IMG/VR virus record: IMGVR_UViG_3300037882_000671 | Coordinates: 1 to 40,445 of that record | Origin: a virus | Direction: 5' to 3' (one strand) | Length of the DNA: 40,445 bases | Shown: in pieces, positions 33,220 to 39,821 of the stretch | Layout: each line of letters opens with the position of its first letter | Position numbering within the stretch: position 1 is the stretch's first letter | Notes under the pieces: generated by a model | What the model was told of the DNA's origin: nothing | What the model saw: only the letters and a program-made list of their open reading frames with translations | Databases searched by the model: none | Position numbers and translations under genes: made by a program

Positions 33220-33665
33220 TGCAATACCCCACGCCATACGCCATGCCGAACTAAAGCGCCTTTGAATTGCTCGAATGAATACACAACCTCACGGGGAATT
33301 TTTTGGTCATCCGCCCACTGCATAAAATAGCCTTGAAACGGAGAGATTTTCCCGTCTTCAAATTTAAGCTCTATAATGACTCCCCCACCCTGGTGAATGA
33401 ACCAAAAATCCAATGCTCCTGATAACATTCCCATTGCTTTGAGGATTAGTGCCGTAAGCCAATTGCGCTTACCCTCATTGGGCACATGCGTCCATATGCC
33501 ATTAATACGGTTTGCAAGTGTTTCGACACGCAAGAAATCAGCACACTCTATAGATAGTCTTTCTTCTGGCTTTAGGATTACAGGCTTCTTGCCGCAATAC
33601 ATCGGTATAGAGGGGCGTAACATCAGCTTTAAAAGATATGGGGGGGGGGGAGAGCACTGCATCAT
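33216..33665 (-). CDS. VRR-NUC domain nuclease, 149 aa, with a C11 tract at codons 6-9
   Basis: ..GALDFWFIHQGGGVIIELKFEDGKISPFQ.. matches PD-(D/E)xK of VRR-NUC. ATGATG overlap with the upstream stop. Confidence 0.8.
   Translation of the reverse strand: MMQCSPPPPYLLKLMLRPSIPMYCGKKPVILKPEERLSIECADFLRVETLANRINGIWTHVPNEGKRNWLTALILKAMGMLSGALDFWFIHQGGGVIIELKFEDGKISPFQGYFMQWADDQKIPREVVYSFEQFKGALVRHGVWRGVLQ
33640..33650. repeat. G11/C11 homopolymer
   Basis: Read directly: tat-ggggggggggg-aga. Confidence 0.97.
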
Positions 33666-33847
33666 GCCGGAATATCTCCAGAAATATCGCTAAACGTCTT
33701 GCAACCTATGCATGTATGGCCGCACTCATGAAGTATGAATAATGCGCCCCCGCAGTAGTTACATACAATGACATCTTCACTCTCCGCCACAACCTCACGC
33801 GCATTTCTAGCAGCCTTGAAATCTACTTGAATGATGGTTGCGCTCAT
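33662..33847 (-). CDS. Small zinc-ribbon protein, 61 aa (CNYCGG...CIGC)
   Basis: Internal ATG 33847 with GGAG 9 nt upstream. Confidence 0.55.
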   Translation of the reverse strand: MSATIIQVDFKAARNAREVVAESEDVIVCNYCGGALFILHECGHTCIGCKTFSDISGDIPA

Positions 33848-33957
33848 AAAAGCATGGCTCCGATGTAGGTGGACAGCCCGGCGCTCCCCGCACACAGGCT
33901 GTCCTTCCCCGCCAACGAAGGAGTCTCTCTGTAGGAGTTACCAAGCGGGGAATTTCG

Positions 33958-33986
33958 TATATAATGAGGGGGGGAGCGCATGGAAA
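33958..33986 (-). promoter_or_regulatory. Promoter-like element TTTCCA-N17-TATATA whose spacer contains a C7 tract (33968-33974)
   Basis: Read directly on the - strand just after the Cro-like stop codon. Weak -35. Confidence 0.25.
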
Positions 33987-33987
33987 A

Positions 33988-34185
33988 CTACGGCTCCTCA
34001 TTAGAGCATAGCTCGGCATGGCTTATATTAATTTGCCGCTGCCTGCCCTCTTCGATCAGCTTAAGATGATATTTAGTGGGAATATAACCCCTCCACTGAT
34101 AAGGCGCACCCTTTGTAAGCCCTAAAATTGCGGCTACAGTAGGTTTACCACCAAACTTTTCACAAATTTTATCTATTGATGTCAT
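33988..34185 (-). CDS. Cro/YdaS-like HTH regulator, 65 aa
   Basis: MTSIDKICEKFGGKPTVAAILGLTKGAPYQWRGYIP matches the Cro/YdaS pattern (GG...A..LG....A..QW...IP). First gene of the leftward arm. Confidence 0.75.
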   Translation of the reverse strand: MTSIDKICEKFGGKPTVAAILGLTKGAPYQWRGYIPTKYHLKLIEEGRQRQINISHAELCSNEEP

Positions 34186-34192
34186 ATTTTTT

Positions 34193-34221
34193 AGTTTATA
34201 ATGTATAAAGGACAAAGTCAA
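34193..34221 (-). promoter_or_regulatory. Leftward sigma70-like promoter TTGACT-N17-TAAACT. The -10 ends 7 nt before ATG 34185, which implies a leaderless mRNA.
   Basis: Read directly. No SD before the ATG. Confidence 0.45.
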
Positions 34222-34296
34222 TGCAGTTTTTTTGCCATGGAAACCCGCACAAACCCTAGATTTATTAAAATAGTTTATTTTTAATGAATATAGCTA

Positions 34297-34325
34297 TTGA
34301 CTATATGTTTTATATCTTCTAAATT
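34297..34325 (+). promoter_or_regulatory. Rightward sigma70-like promoter TTGACT-N17-TAAATT
   Basis: Read directly. GGAGG at 34346-34350 and ATG at 34356 follow. Confidence 0.5.
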
Positions 34326-34355
34326 ATGTTTCATGAGGACAAAACGGAGGTTTAT

Positions 34356-34559
34356 ATGAAAACAGCAACTATCACACACTACACCAGGGGAGAAAAAGAA
34401 ATCCCTGTGGTTGTGGAATTCAGTGGTTCGGGTCGTGAACTCTATTTTGAGAATGCCTACCCTGATACCGGCAAATCCTCACACGAAAGATACCTCCATA
34501 AATACTGGCCGCTCATTGGTGAGAAAATCATCGATGATGCAGCTTGGAAAGTTTTTTAG
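34356..34559 (+). CDS. Hypothetical protein, 67 aa
   Basis: GGAGG SD. First gene of the rightward arm. Confidence 0.65.
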   Translation: MKTATITHYTRGEKEIPVVVEFSGSGRELYFENAYPDTGKSSHERYLHKYWPLIGEKIIDDAAWKVF

Positions 34560-34569
34560 GGGGGTCGTC

Positions 34570-34731
34570 ATGCGGGAAACCATCATCATATACCAAAGCC
34601 GACTAAGCCGGGAAGTTATCATACAAAGCTTCCCGCGCGCCTACCTTGCCATGGCAGCCAAGCGTGAGCTTGAGAGTGAGGGCTTCTCTGTCCGCTGCCA
34701 GTTGGCGGCTATTTCACACGCAACACATTAG
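34570..34731 (+). CDS. Hypothetical protein, 53 aa
   Basis: AGGGGGG SD. Internal ATG of ORF 34411..34731. Confidence 0.55.
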   Translation: MRETIIIYQSRLSREVIIQSFPRAYLAMAAKRELESEGFSVRCQLAAISHATH

Positions 34732-34739
34732 GGGGATTT

Positions 34740-34919
34740 ATGGAAAAGAACGCCAGAATATTCAGAACTGACAATATCTACAGCTACAAAGCTTGGAATA
34801 AATTTACCAGCTCGTGGCAAATTGTCACACGCCGGGTTGCGGCTATCGTCCATGCAGAAGGCGCTGAGATTAAGCGCACCATGCTTAGGGCGGAGTATTT
34901 CCGCTATGTGGGGAGGTGA
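34740..34919 (+). CDS. Hypothetical protein, 59 aa
   Basis: GGGGGA SD. Hand-translated (MEKNARIFRTDNIYSYKAWNK...). Below the track cutoff. Confidence 0.5.
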   Translation: MEKNARIFRTDNIYSYKAWNKFTSSWQIVTRRVAAIVHAEGAEIKRTMLRAEYFRYVGR

Positions 34920-34920
34920 T

Positions 34921-35133
34921 ATGCGCCCTTCTTATACACCGCATCCACATCATTTCTACGAAGATAAAACGGGACTGATTCATTTGTGTGATGGGGCAGA
35001 TGCAACTCCTAAAGATTTTCTTGTTTGGACGCTTTGCGAAAAAATGGATGTGCCAGCCGATAAATCGTTCATGAGTACCGAGACAGTTGCGACATGTATC
35101 GATTGCAGAAAGAAAGCGGGGTTACAACTATGA
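34921..35133 (+). CDS. Hypothetical protein, 70 aa
   Basis: GGGGAGG SD. Internal ATG of ORF 34822..35133. Confidence 0.6.
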   Translation: MRPSYTPHPHHFYEDKTGLIHLCDGADATPKDFLVWTLCEKMDVPADKSFMSTETVATCIDCRKKAGLQL

Positions 35134-35273
35134 GCCTTTGCCTGTGCCAAGACTGTGGAGCAATCGTGGATTCTGATGCAGAGCCGGAATGCTTTTATTT
35201 AACCGATGAAGATGGAAACGAAACTGAAAACGATTATCCGCTTTGTTCAACCTGTAGAGACGGGAGTTATTAA
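35130..35273 (+). CDS. Small Cys-rich zinc-ribbon-like protein, 47 aa (MSLCLCQDCGAIVDSD..ECFY..LCSTCRDGSY)
   Basis: ATGA overlap. Paralogue of 1386..1520. Below the track cutoff. Confidence 0.45.
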   Translation: MSLCLCQDCGAIVDSDAEPECFYLTDEDGNETENDYPLCSTCRDGSY

Positions 35274-35274
35274 T

Positions 35275-35604
35275 ATGCAAATAAAACTACTTGAAATACG
35301 CGATAGAGCAACATTCCTTCCATGTTTTGCTATGCAGACTACGGCGGATAACTCGGAACAAGGATATTTACTACGCCGCGCAGGATATGGACCTGACATG
35401 CCTCTCATAATCTTTGGCTATCTGGATGCGTCAAGAGGCAAGTGCCATTACGATCCTTATGACTGGAATGACCGCACCATGAAAACCGCCCACAATTATA
35501 TTGTCGAGCATTTTAATAAGCTGAATGACGGCGATGTAATTGATGTGGAATTTGTCTTAGGTGAAACAACAAACAAGAAAACCAGCGAAAGATTTGAGGA
35601 TTAG
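35275..35604 (+). CDS. Conserved phage hypothetical protein, 109 aa
   Basis: Internal ATG 1 nt after the upstream TAA. ..YDPYDWNDRTMKTAHNYI..GDVIDVEFVLGET.. recurs in phage proteins (from memory). Confidence 0.75.
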   Translation: MQIKLLEIRDRATFLPCFAMQTTADNSEQGYLLRRAGYGPDMPLIIFGYLDASRGKCHYDPYDWNDRTMKTAHNYIVEHFNKLNDGDVIDVEFVLGETTNKKTSERFED

Positions 35605-35608
35605 TAAT

Positions 35609-35947
35609 ATGACATACGATAATTACGAAGAAACTGCAAAATCATATAAGCCCGATACTTTGCCGCCGTTTATAGAGCGTAAAATCTATACGCACTTTGA
35701 AGCTGATGGCCGCATCTCCATTTGGGATAGAGACATGAGCAACAGCAATAGGATTTTGCTTTCTCAGATGATGGTGAAGGTACGCATTCCAAAGGATAAA
35801 GATTTAAAAGTGATGATGGTTGATGCCATTAAAAATGAGATTGAAGAAACTAGGGCTAATGCCACCAAGAAAATTAACGAGCTGGAAGAAAAAATACAGT
35901 CGCTTCTGGCTATTGAGTATCACCCCAACGAAAAAAGGAGCGCCTAA
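35609..35947 (+). CDS. Hypothetical coiled-coil protein, 112 aa
   Basis: GAGG SD. Internal ATG of ORF 35561..35947. Confidence 0.7.
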   Translation: MTYDNYEETAKSYKPDTLPPFIERKIYTHFEADGRISIWDRDMSNSNRILLSQMMVKVRIPKDKDLKVMMVDAIKNEIEETRANATKKINELEEKIQSLLAIEYHPNEKRSA

Positions 35948-35949
35948 CC

Positions 35950-36366
35950 ATGACCAAACCGACACCACATAGCGAAGCGGGGTTTACGCCGGGGCCTTGG
36001 TACATCAGAGATTTTCGCGCAAGTGAAATGCAGAAACTCGGATGGAATGGCCCAAGCATAGATAGCATTCTCATTACAAATAAAACTGGCCCTGAGATTG
36101 AAGCTTCAAGCGGCGCAGATTGCGTTATAGCCCGTATTCAATTCGATAACCGAACGGAACAATTAACGGAAGGAAACTTTGCGGATGCCCGATTAATAGC
36201 GGCGGCTCCTGATTTGTACCTATGGCTGGAAGATGCACTAGGCTTTATTGAACATCTGGTGGGCGATCAATCCCCGATTATCAACTTTACAAGAACTGGT
36301 GGCTTTCACCGTTCATTTAATATGGACAAAGCAAAAGCCGCCCTTAGCGCCGTGGGAGGTGAGTAG
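35950..36366 (+). CDS. Hypothetical protein, 138 aa (TPGPW...ADARLIAAAPDL motif)
   Basis: AGGAG SD. Motif is common in small phage proteins. Confidence 0.75.
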   Translation: MTKPTPHSEAGFTPGPWYIRDFRASEMQKLGWNGPSIDSILITNKTGPEIEASSGADCVIARIQFDNRTEQLTEGNFADARLIAAAPDLYLWLEDALGFIEHLVGDQSPIINFTRTGGFHRSFNMDKAKAALSAVGGE

Positions 36367-36369
36367 GTT

Positions 36370-36660
36370 ATGACGTGGACAAAAGAAGCCATTGAGAAGG
36401 CCGCGCAAGATTTACAAGAGGGTAAAGGTTGCGGTCACATTGACAAAACAACAACGCAAGCTGATTGGGATGCGCTCAATCCAAATAGTCTTGAAACTGA
36501 TTGCCGTGATTGTGGTGCTTATTTCACGATGGAGTGGAAAGAAAACGAAAAGCCACCAGAAGAACTTAAATGCCCACAGTGCGGCTCATGTAATCACGGT
36601 TCCGTAGGAAGTCCAGCGGGTGGAATGCACCTCGCAATGTTTGACCCAAGATTACCATAG
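36370..36660 (+). CDS. Hypothetical zinc-ribbon protein, 96 aa (CRDCG...CPQCGSC)
   Basis: GGAGGTGAG SD. Confidence 0.7.
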   Translation: MTWTKEAIEKAAQDLQEGKGCGHIDKTTTQADWDALNPNSLETDCRDCGAYFTMEWKENEKPPEELKCPQCGSCNHGSVGSPAGGMHLAMFDPRLP

Positions 36661-36668
36661 GAGAATTT

Positions 36669-36863
36669 ATGCCAGTAATGACACCAGTAAAAGACGATGC
36701 ACCATTAAAGATTGCCTACGATAAATGGAAGGCATCCGAAGAATACGCCAACACAAAAAAGTGGGCAGCACACGAGCAGCATCTTGAAGGCTCCTTATGG
36801 GGCGCATTCATGGCTGGCTTTCTTGCTGCCACCCCCACCACCCCGAAGCAGGAGGAAATGTGA
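36669..36863 (+). CDS. Hypothetical protein, 64 aa
   Basis: AGGAG SD. Confidence 0.6.
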   Translation: MPVMTPVKDDAPLKIAYDKWKASEEYANTKKWAAHEQHLEGSLWGAFMAGFLAATPTTPKQEEM

Positions 36864-37273
36864 TGTTTCCTACTAAGAAATTCCAGCAATTCCTTAAGAA
36901 GTGCGGTGCTAAATCTATTCCAACCACCAATAATTACGAAGTAGCCCGCTTTGTAACTTCTGACGGCATTTGCGTAATTTATCATGGAAAGAAGGGATTA
37001 AAATTCAACCGCACTCTGGCTCAAGAAGTGTGGGAAGCCTTTAATAATAATAAGCCTTGGAAAACGGCAGTTACCAAAGAGAAGGTTTCTGAGTGCGAGA
37101 AAAATTATCAGGAGCGCAAAGAGAAATACGAGGCGGCGAAGGTAGAAAAAGGCACCAAGCCTGATTGGTCTGGTAAATGCGATGTGTGTGGCCAATCTCC
37201 AATTGTGCCAATGACAGGCATGTGTGGCCCTTGCACATTTGGCGAAGCTTCAACTGCATTAGGCAACTGGTAG
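36863..37273 (+). CDS. Hypothetical protein, 136 aa, with C-terminal Cys cluster (CDVCG...GMCGPCTFGE)
   Basis: The ATG overlaps the upstream TGA by 1 nt. Confidence 0.7.
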   Translation: MFPTKKFQQFLKKCGAKSIPTTNNYEVARFVTSDGICVIYHGKKGLKFNRTLAQEVWEAFNNNKPWKTAVTKEKVSECEKNYQERKEKYEAAKVEKGTKPDWSGKCDVCGQSPIVPMTGMCGPCTFGEASTALGNW

Positions 37274-37282
37274 GAGCCACAC

Positions 37283-37828
37283 ATGGAAAGTAAGCATACG
37301 CTAGATATGAACACCCTTATTACCAAAGCATACAATGATGGGGTTGTGTCCGGCATCTTGAAAGATAAAGCCGATCACTGCATGGATTCAGAAACAAAAC
37401 GGGATTATTTAGAGCGCGTTTCGCACTACCAAGAAGAATTTAAGAAAACCTGCAAAGAAGCATGCAACAACTACGAGCGTGTGTGTGCGGAGTTGGAGGA
37501 GGTAATCGAATTAGACAATAATCGAGCGCTTGTCTTGCAGGAGACGGAAAAGAAATTAGAGGCAGCTAAAGAACTTCTTTGTATGAAAGAGTCTAAACAA
37601 GAAGTTTACACGGAAACGATTGTTAGTAACGAATCTCTCCGCGCCCAAAACGCTGCGTTGGTGGGAACGCTGGAAAATATGCGCGACAAACTTGAGCATG
37701 AGGCAACAGGTCTTGGTGCGGTTGATGGTTATGATTATCGGAGCGGCAAAGAGTGCGGATTAAGAATGGCACTCCTCGACTTAGATAAAATTATCTCAGA
37801 AGCAGCCAAGCAGAAGGAGGGGGTATGA
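37283..37828 (+). CDS. Hypothetical coiled-coil protein, 181 aa
   Basis: AGGAG SD. Confidence 0.75.
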   Translation: MESKHTLDMNTLITKAYNDGVVSGILKDKADHCMDSETKRDYLERVSHYQEEFKKTCKEACNNYERVCAELEEVIELDNNRALVLQETEKKLEAAKELLCMKESKQEVYTETIVSNESLRAQNAALVGTLENMRDKLEHEATGLGAVDGYDYRSGKECGLRMALLDLDKIISEAAKQKEGV

Positions 37829-37959
37829 TTTTAACCAAAGAACTAGAGCGCGCAGAACGTGAGCGGTTTTGGAATGAATTTGCGCATGTAATCTGGCGCA
37901 TCACCTTCTGGATTCTGTCCGTTGTAACTGCATTTACATGGGGAGTGTTGGCAGCATGA
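37825..37959 (+). CDS. Micro-ORF, 44-aa membrane peptide (..VIWRITFWILSVVTAFTWGVLAA)
   Basis: ATGA overlap; GGAGGGGG SD. Hand-translated. Confidence 0.4.
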   Translation: MILTKELERAERERFWNEFAHVIWRITFWILSVVTAFTWGVLAA

Positions 37960-38072
37960 CAGATGAATCCAAAAATACATTGGCTGCCATTCTCATAATG
38001 ATAGCATTCGTCATTACCATGGGAATTCTCATGGTGTGGGAAGTAACCGGCTACTGGCCATGGGAGGTTTAG
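37956..38072 (+). CDS. Micro-ORF, 38-aa membrane peptide (..LAAILIMIAFVITMGILMVW..)
   Basis: ATGA overlap. Hand-translated. Confidence 0.4.
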   Translation: MTDESKNTLAAILIMIAFVITMGILMVWEVTGYWPWEV

Positions 38073-38074
38073 AT

Positions 38075-38230
38075 ATGCAGCGGGATTTAGCGTCTGAAGT
38101 AAGCTCAATATACGGCAATATTAAAGACCTGCCGCCGAATAATCTCGGCGTATGGGAGCGTGAGGTTCTGAAAGATTGCCGCGATAAGTTGAATGAGATT
38201 TTAGGAGAAGCAAATGGATCTAGGAATTAA
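38075..38230 (+). CDS. Hypothetical protein, 51 aa
   Basis: GGGAGG SD. Internal ATG of ORF 38036..38230. Confidence 0.5.
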   Translation: MQRDLASEVSSIYGNIKDLPPNNLGVWEREVLKDCRDKLNEILGEANGSRN

Positions 38231-39041
38231 GGGCGTAATATTGGGCGGTCACGGCATAGGCAAGACTTCGCTTTTAAACGATATGCCGGAAGATTCTACT
38301 CTCGCTTTCGATATGGAAGCCGGAATGCTTGCAGTCAAAGATTGGAAGGGCCGTAAACACCCTATACGCACCTGGCAGGAGGCAAGAATCTTTGCCAGCC
38401 TCATAGGTGGGGCCAACCCCTCCAGCGCACCTGGCGAGCCTTACAGCAAGGAATACTATGATAAATGTGTATTGCATGCTGAAAAGACATGGCCGGATTT
38501 AGAGGTTGATAAATATATCAGCTATTTCTTGGATTCTATTACCGAATCAAGCCGCTTGTGTTTAGCGTGGTCAAAAGCGCAGGCAGAATGCACTACGCAA
38601 CAGGGCAAGCTTGATATGCGTAAAGCATATGGCCTGATGGGGCAGGAAATGATTGCCTGGTTTAAGCAGTTCCAGCGAGCGCAGGGTAAAAATGTCTGGT
38701 TCGTCGGTGGATTAGATCGCAAGGAATTAGACGGCGGGAAAGTTATATGGGAGCCGCAGATTGAAGGCTCTAAAGCAACCGCCGAAATGCCAGGCATCTT
38801 TGATGAAGTTATCACGCTAACTAAAATAGATGTAAACCGCGACGGCAAAGTTGTCCCGCAAGCGGCATTTATTTGCCACCTACTAAACAATTGGGGCTAC
38901 CCAGCAAAGGACAGAAGCGGGACTCTTAATCTTATTGAAGAGCCAAACCTTGTAAAGCTAATGGAAAAAATTAGGACATCACCACGTTACAATGCGCGGC
39001 CTAATTGGACGGAAATACTAAACGACGAAATAATTTATTAA
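38214..39041 (+). CDS. AAA_24 / Sak4-like RecA-fold ATPase, 275 aa (recombination/replication)
   Basis: Walker A GGHGIGKTS near the N-terminus, ..LAFDMEAG.., Walker-B-like ..YFLDSITE... Followed by an SSB, as is typical for this module. Confidence 0.85.
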   Translation: MDLGIKGVILGGHGIGKTSLLNDMPEDSTLAFDMEAGMLAVKDWKGRKHPIRTWQEARIFASLIGGANPSSAPGEPYSKEYYDKCVLHAEKTWPDLEVDKYISYFLDSITESSRLCLAWSKAQAECTTQQGKLDMRKAYGLMGQEMIAWFKQFQRAQGKNVWFVGGLDRKELDGGKVIWEPQIEGSKATAEMPGIFDEVITLTKIDVNRDGKVVPQAAFICHLLNNWGYPAKDRSGTLNLIEEPNLVKLMEKIRTSPRYNARPNWTEILNDEIIY

Positions 39042-39059
39042 CCAAAGGAGAAAGTAACT

Positions 39060-39614
39060 ATGTACGATTTATCAACAGCAGAAGATTTAAAAGTGGGCGG
39101 CAAATTAATTCCAGATGGAACGATGGTTGTCTGTAAATTAAAAGTTGGCACTGAGAAAGAAAGCAGCGGCCAGAATACCATGCACGATGTGGAGCTAGAA
39201 GCAAAGGATGCGCAGTACGCAGGCAGTAAATTCTTTGACAATATTATGACTAGCGGTAATGGCAAAGAGTGGGGGCTTGGAAAATGCAAGCACGTAGTAG
39301 AGTTTTCTGACAGAGCATTTCTTCCTGAGAATGCACGCTTCTACAAAATCAACTCTCCTTATGATCTAAACGGCAAGGATGCTTTGGTAAAAGTAAAAGT
39401 AGCTGTTCATACAAACAGTAAGGGCGAGTCTTATCACATCAACAAGGTTGAAACCTATATTTCTCCGCGCCCAGGAAGTTCTACAGAACGCTTTTATGTA
39501 GCGTGGGCTAAAGGTGAGCAACCTTGGCAGACTGATTCCAAGCCGCCGCTTCCGAACCAGCATGTAAGCAAAAGTGCTGGCATGCCGTTAGATTCAGAAA
39601 TACCGTTTGGTTAA
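39060..39614 (+). CDS. Single-stranded DNA-binding protein (DUF669-type), 184 aa
   Basis: The C-terminal tip ..LDSEIPFG resembles the acidic D-D-D-I-P-F SSB tail. Position after the AAA_24 gene. AAGGAG SD. Confidence 0.8.
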   Translation: MYDLSTAEDLKVGGKLIPDGTMVVCKLKVGTEKESSGQNTMHDVELEAKDAQYAGSKFFDNIMTSGNGKEWGLGKCKHVVEFSDRAFLPENARFYKINSPYDLNGKDALVKVKVAVHTNSKGESYHINKVETYISPRPGSSTERFYVAWAKGEQPWQTDSKPPLPNQHVSKSAGMPLDSEIPFG

Positions 39615-39618
39615 CGCC

Positions 39619-39810
39619 ATGCAACCCACCTACACACCACAACGCCCTGAAAGCTGTAGCGATGTCAAACTGGCAATGCTGGCAGACCATTGCGCTGCAA
39701 ATATTGCAAAGCAACGTAGCGGCTCTAAATATTCGGCGTGTGTAAGGAGGCGGAAATTACGGGAAGCCCGCAAGGGTTTGATGCAGAAATTAATGAATTT
39801 TTTAACCTAA
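39619..39810 (+). CDS. Hypothetical basic protein, 63 aa (alternative TTG 39607)
   Basis: ATG 5 nt after the SSB stop. Confidence 0.55.
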   Translation: MQPTYTPQRPESCSDVKLAMLADHCAANIAKQRSGSKYSACVRRRKLREARKGLMQKLMNFLT

Positions 39811-39821
39811 AGGGGGCGGCT

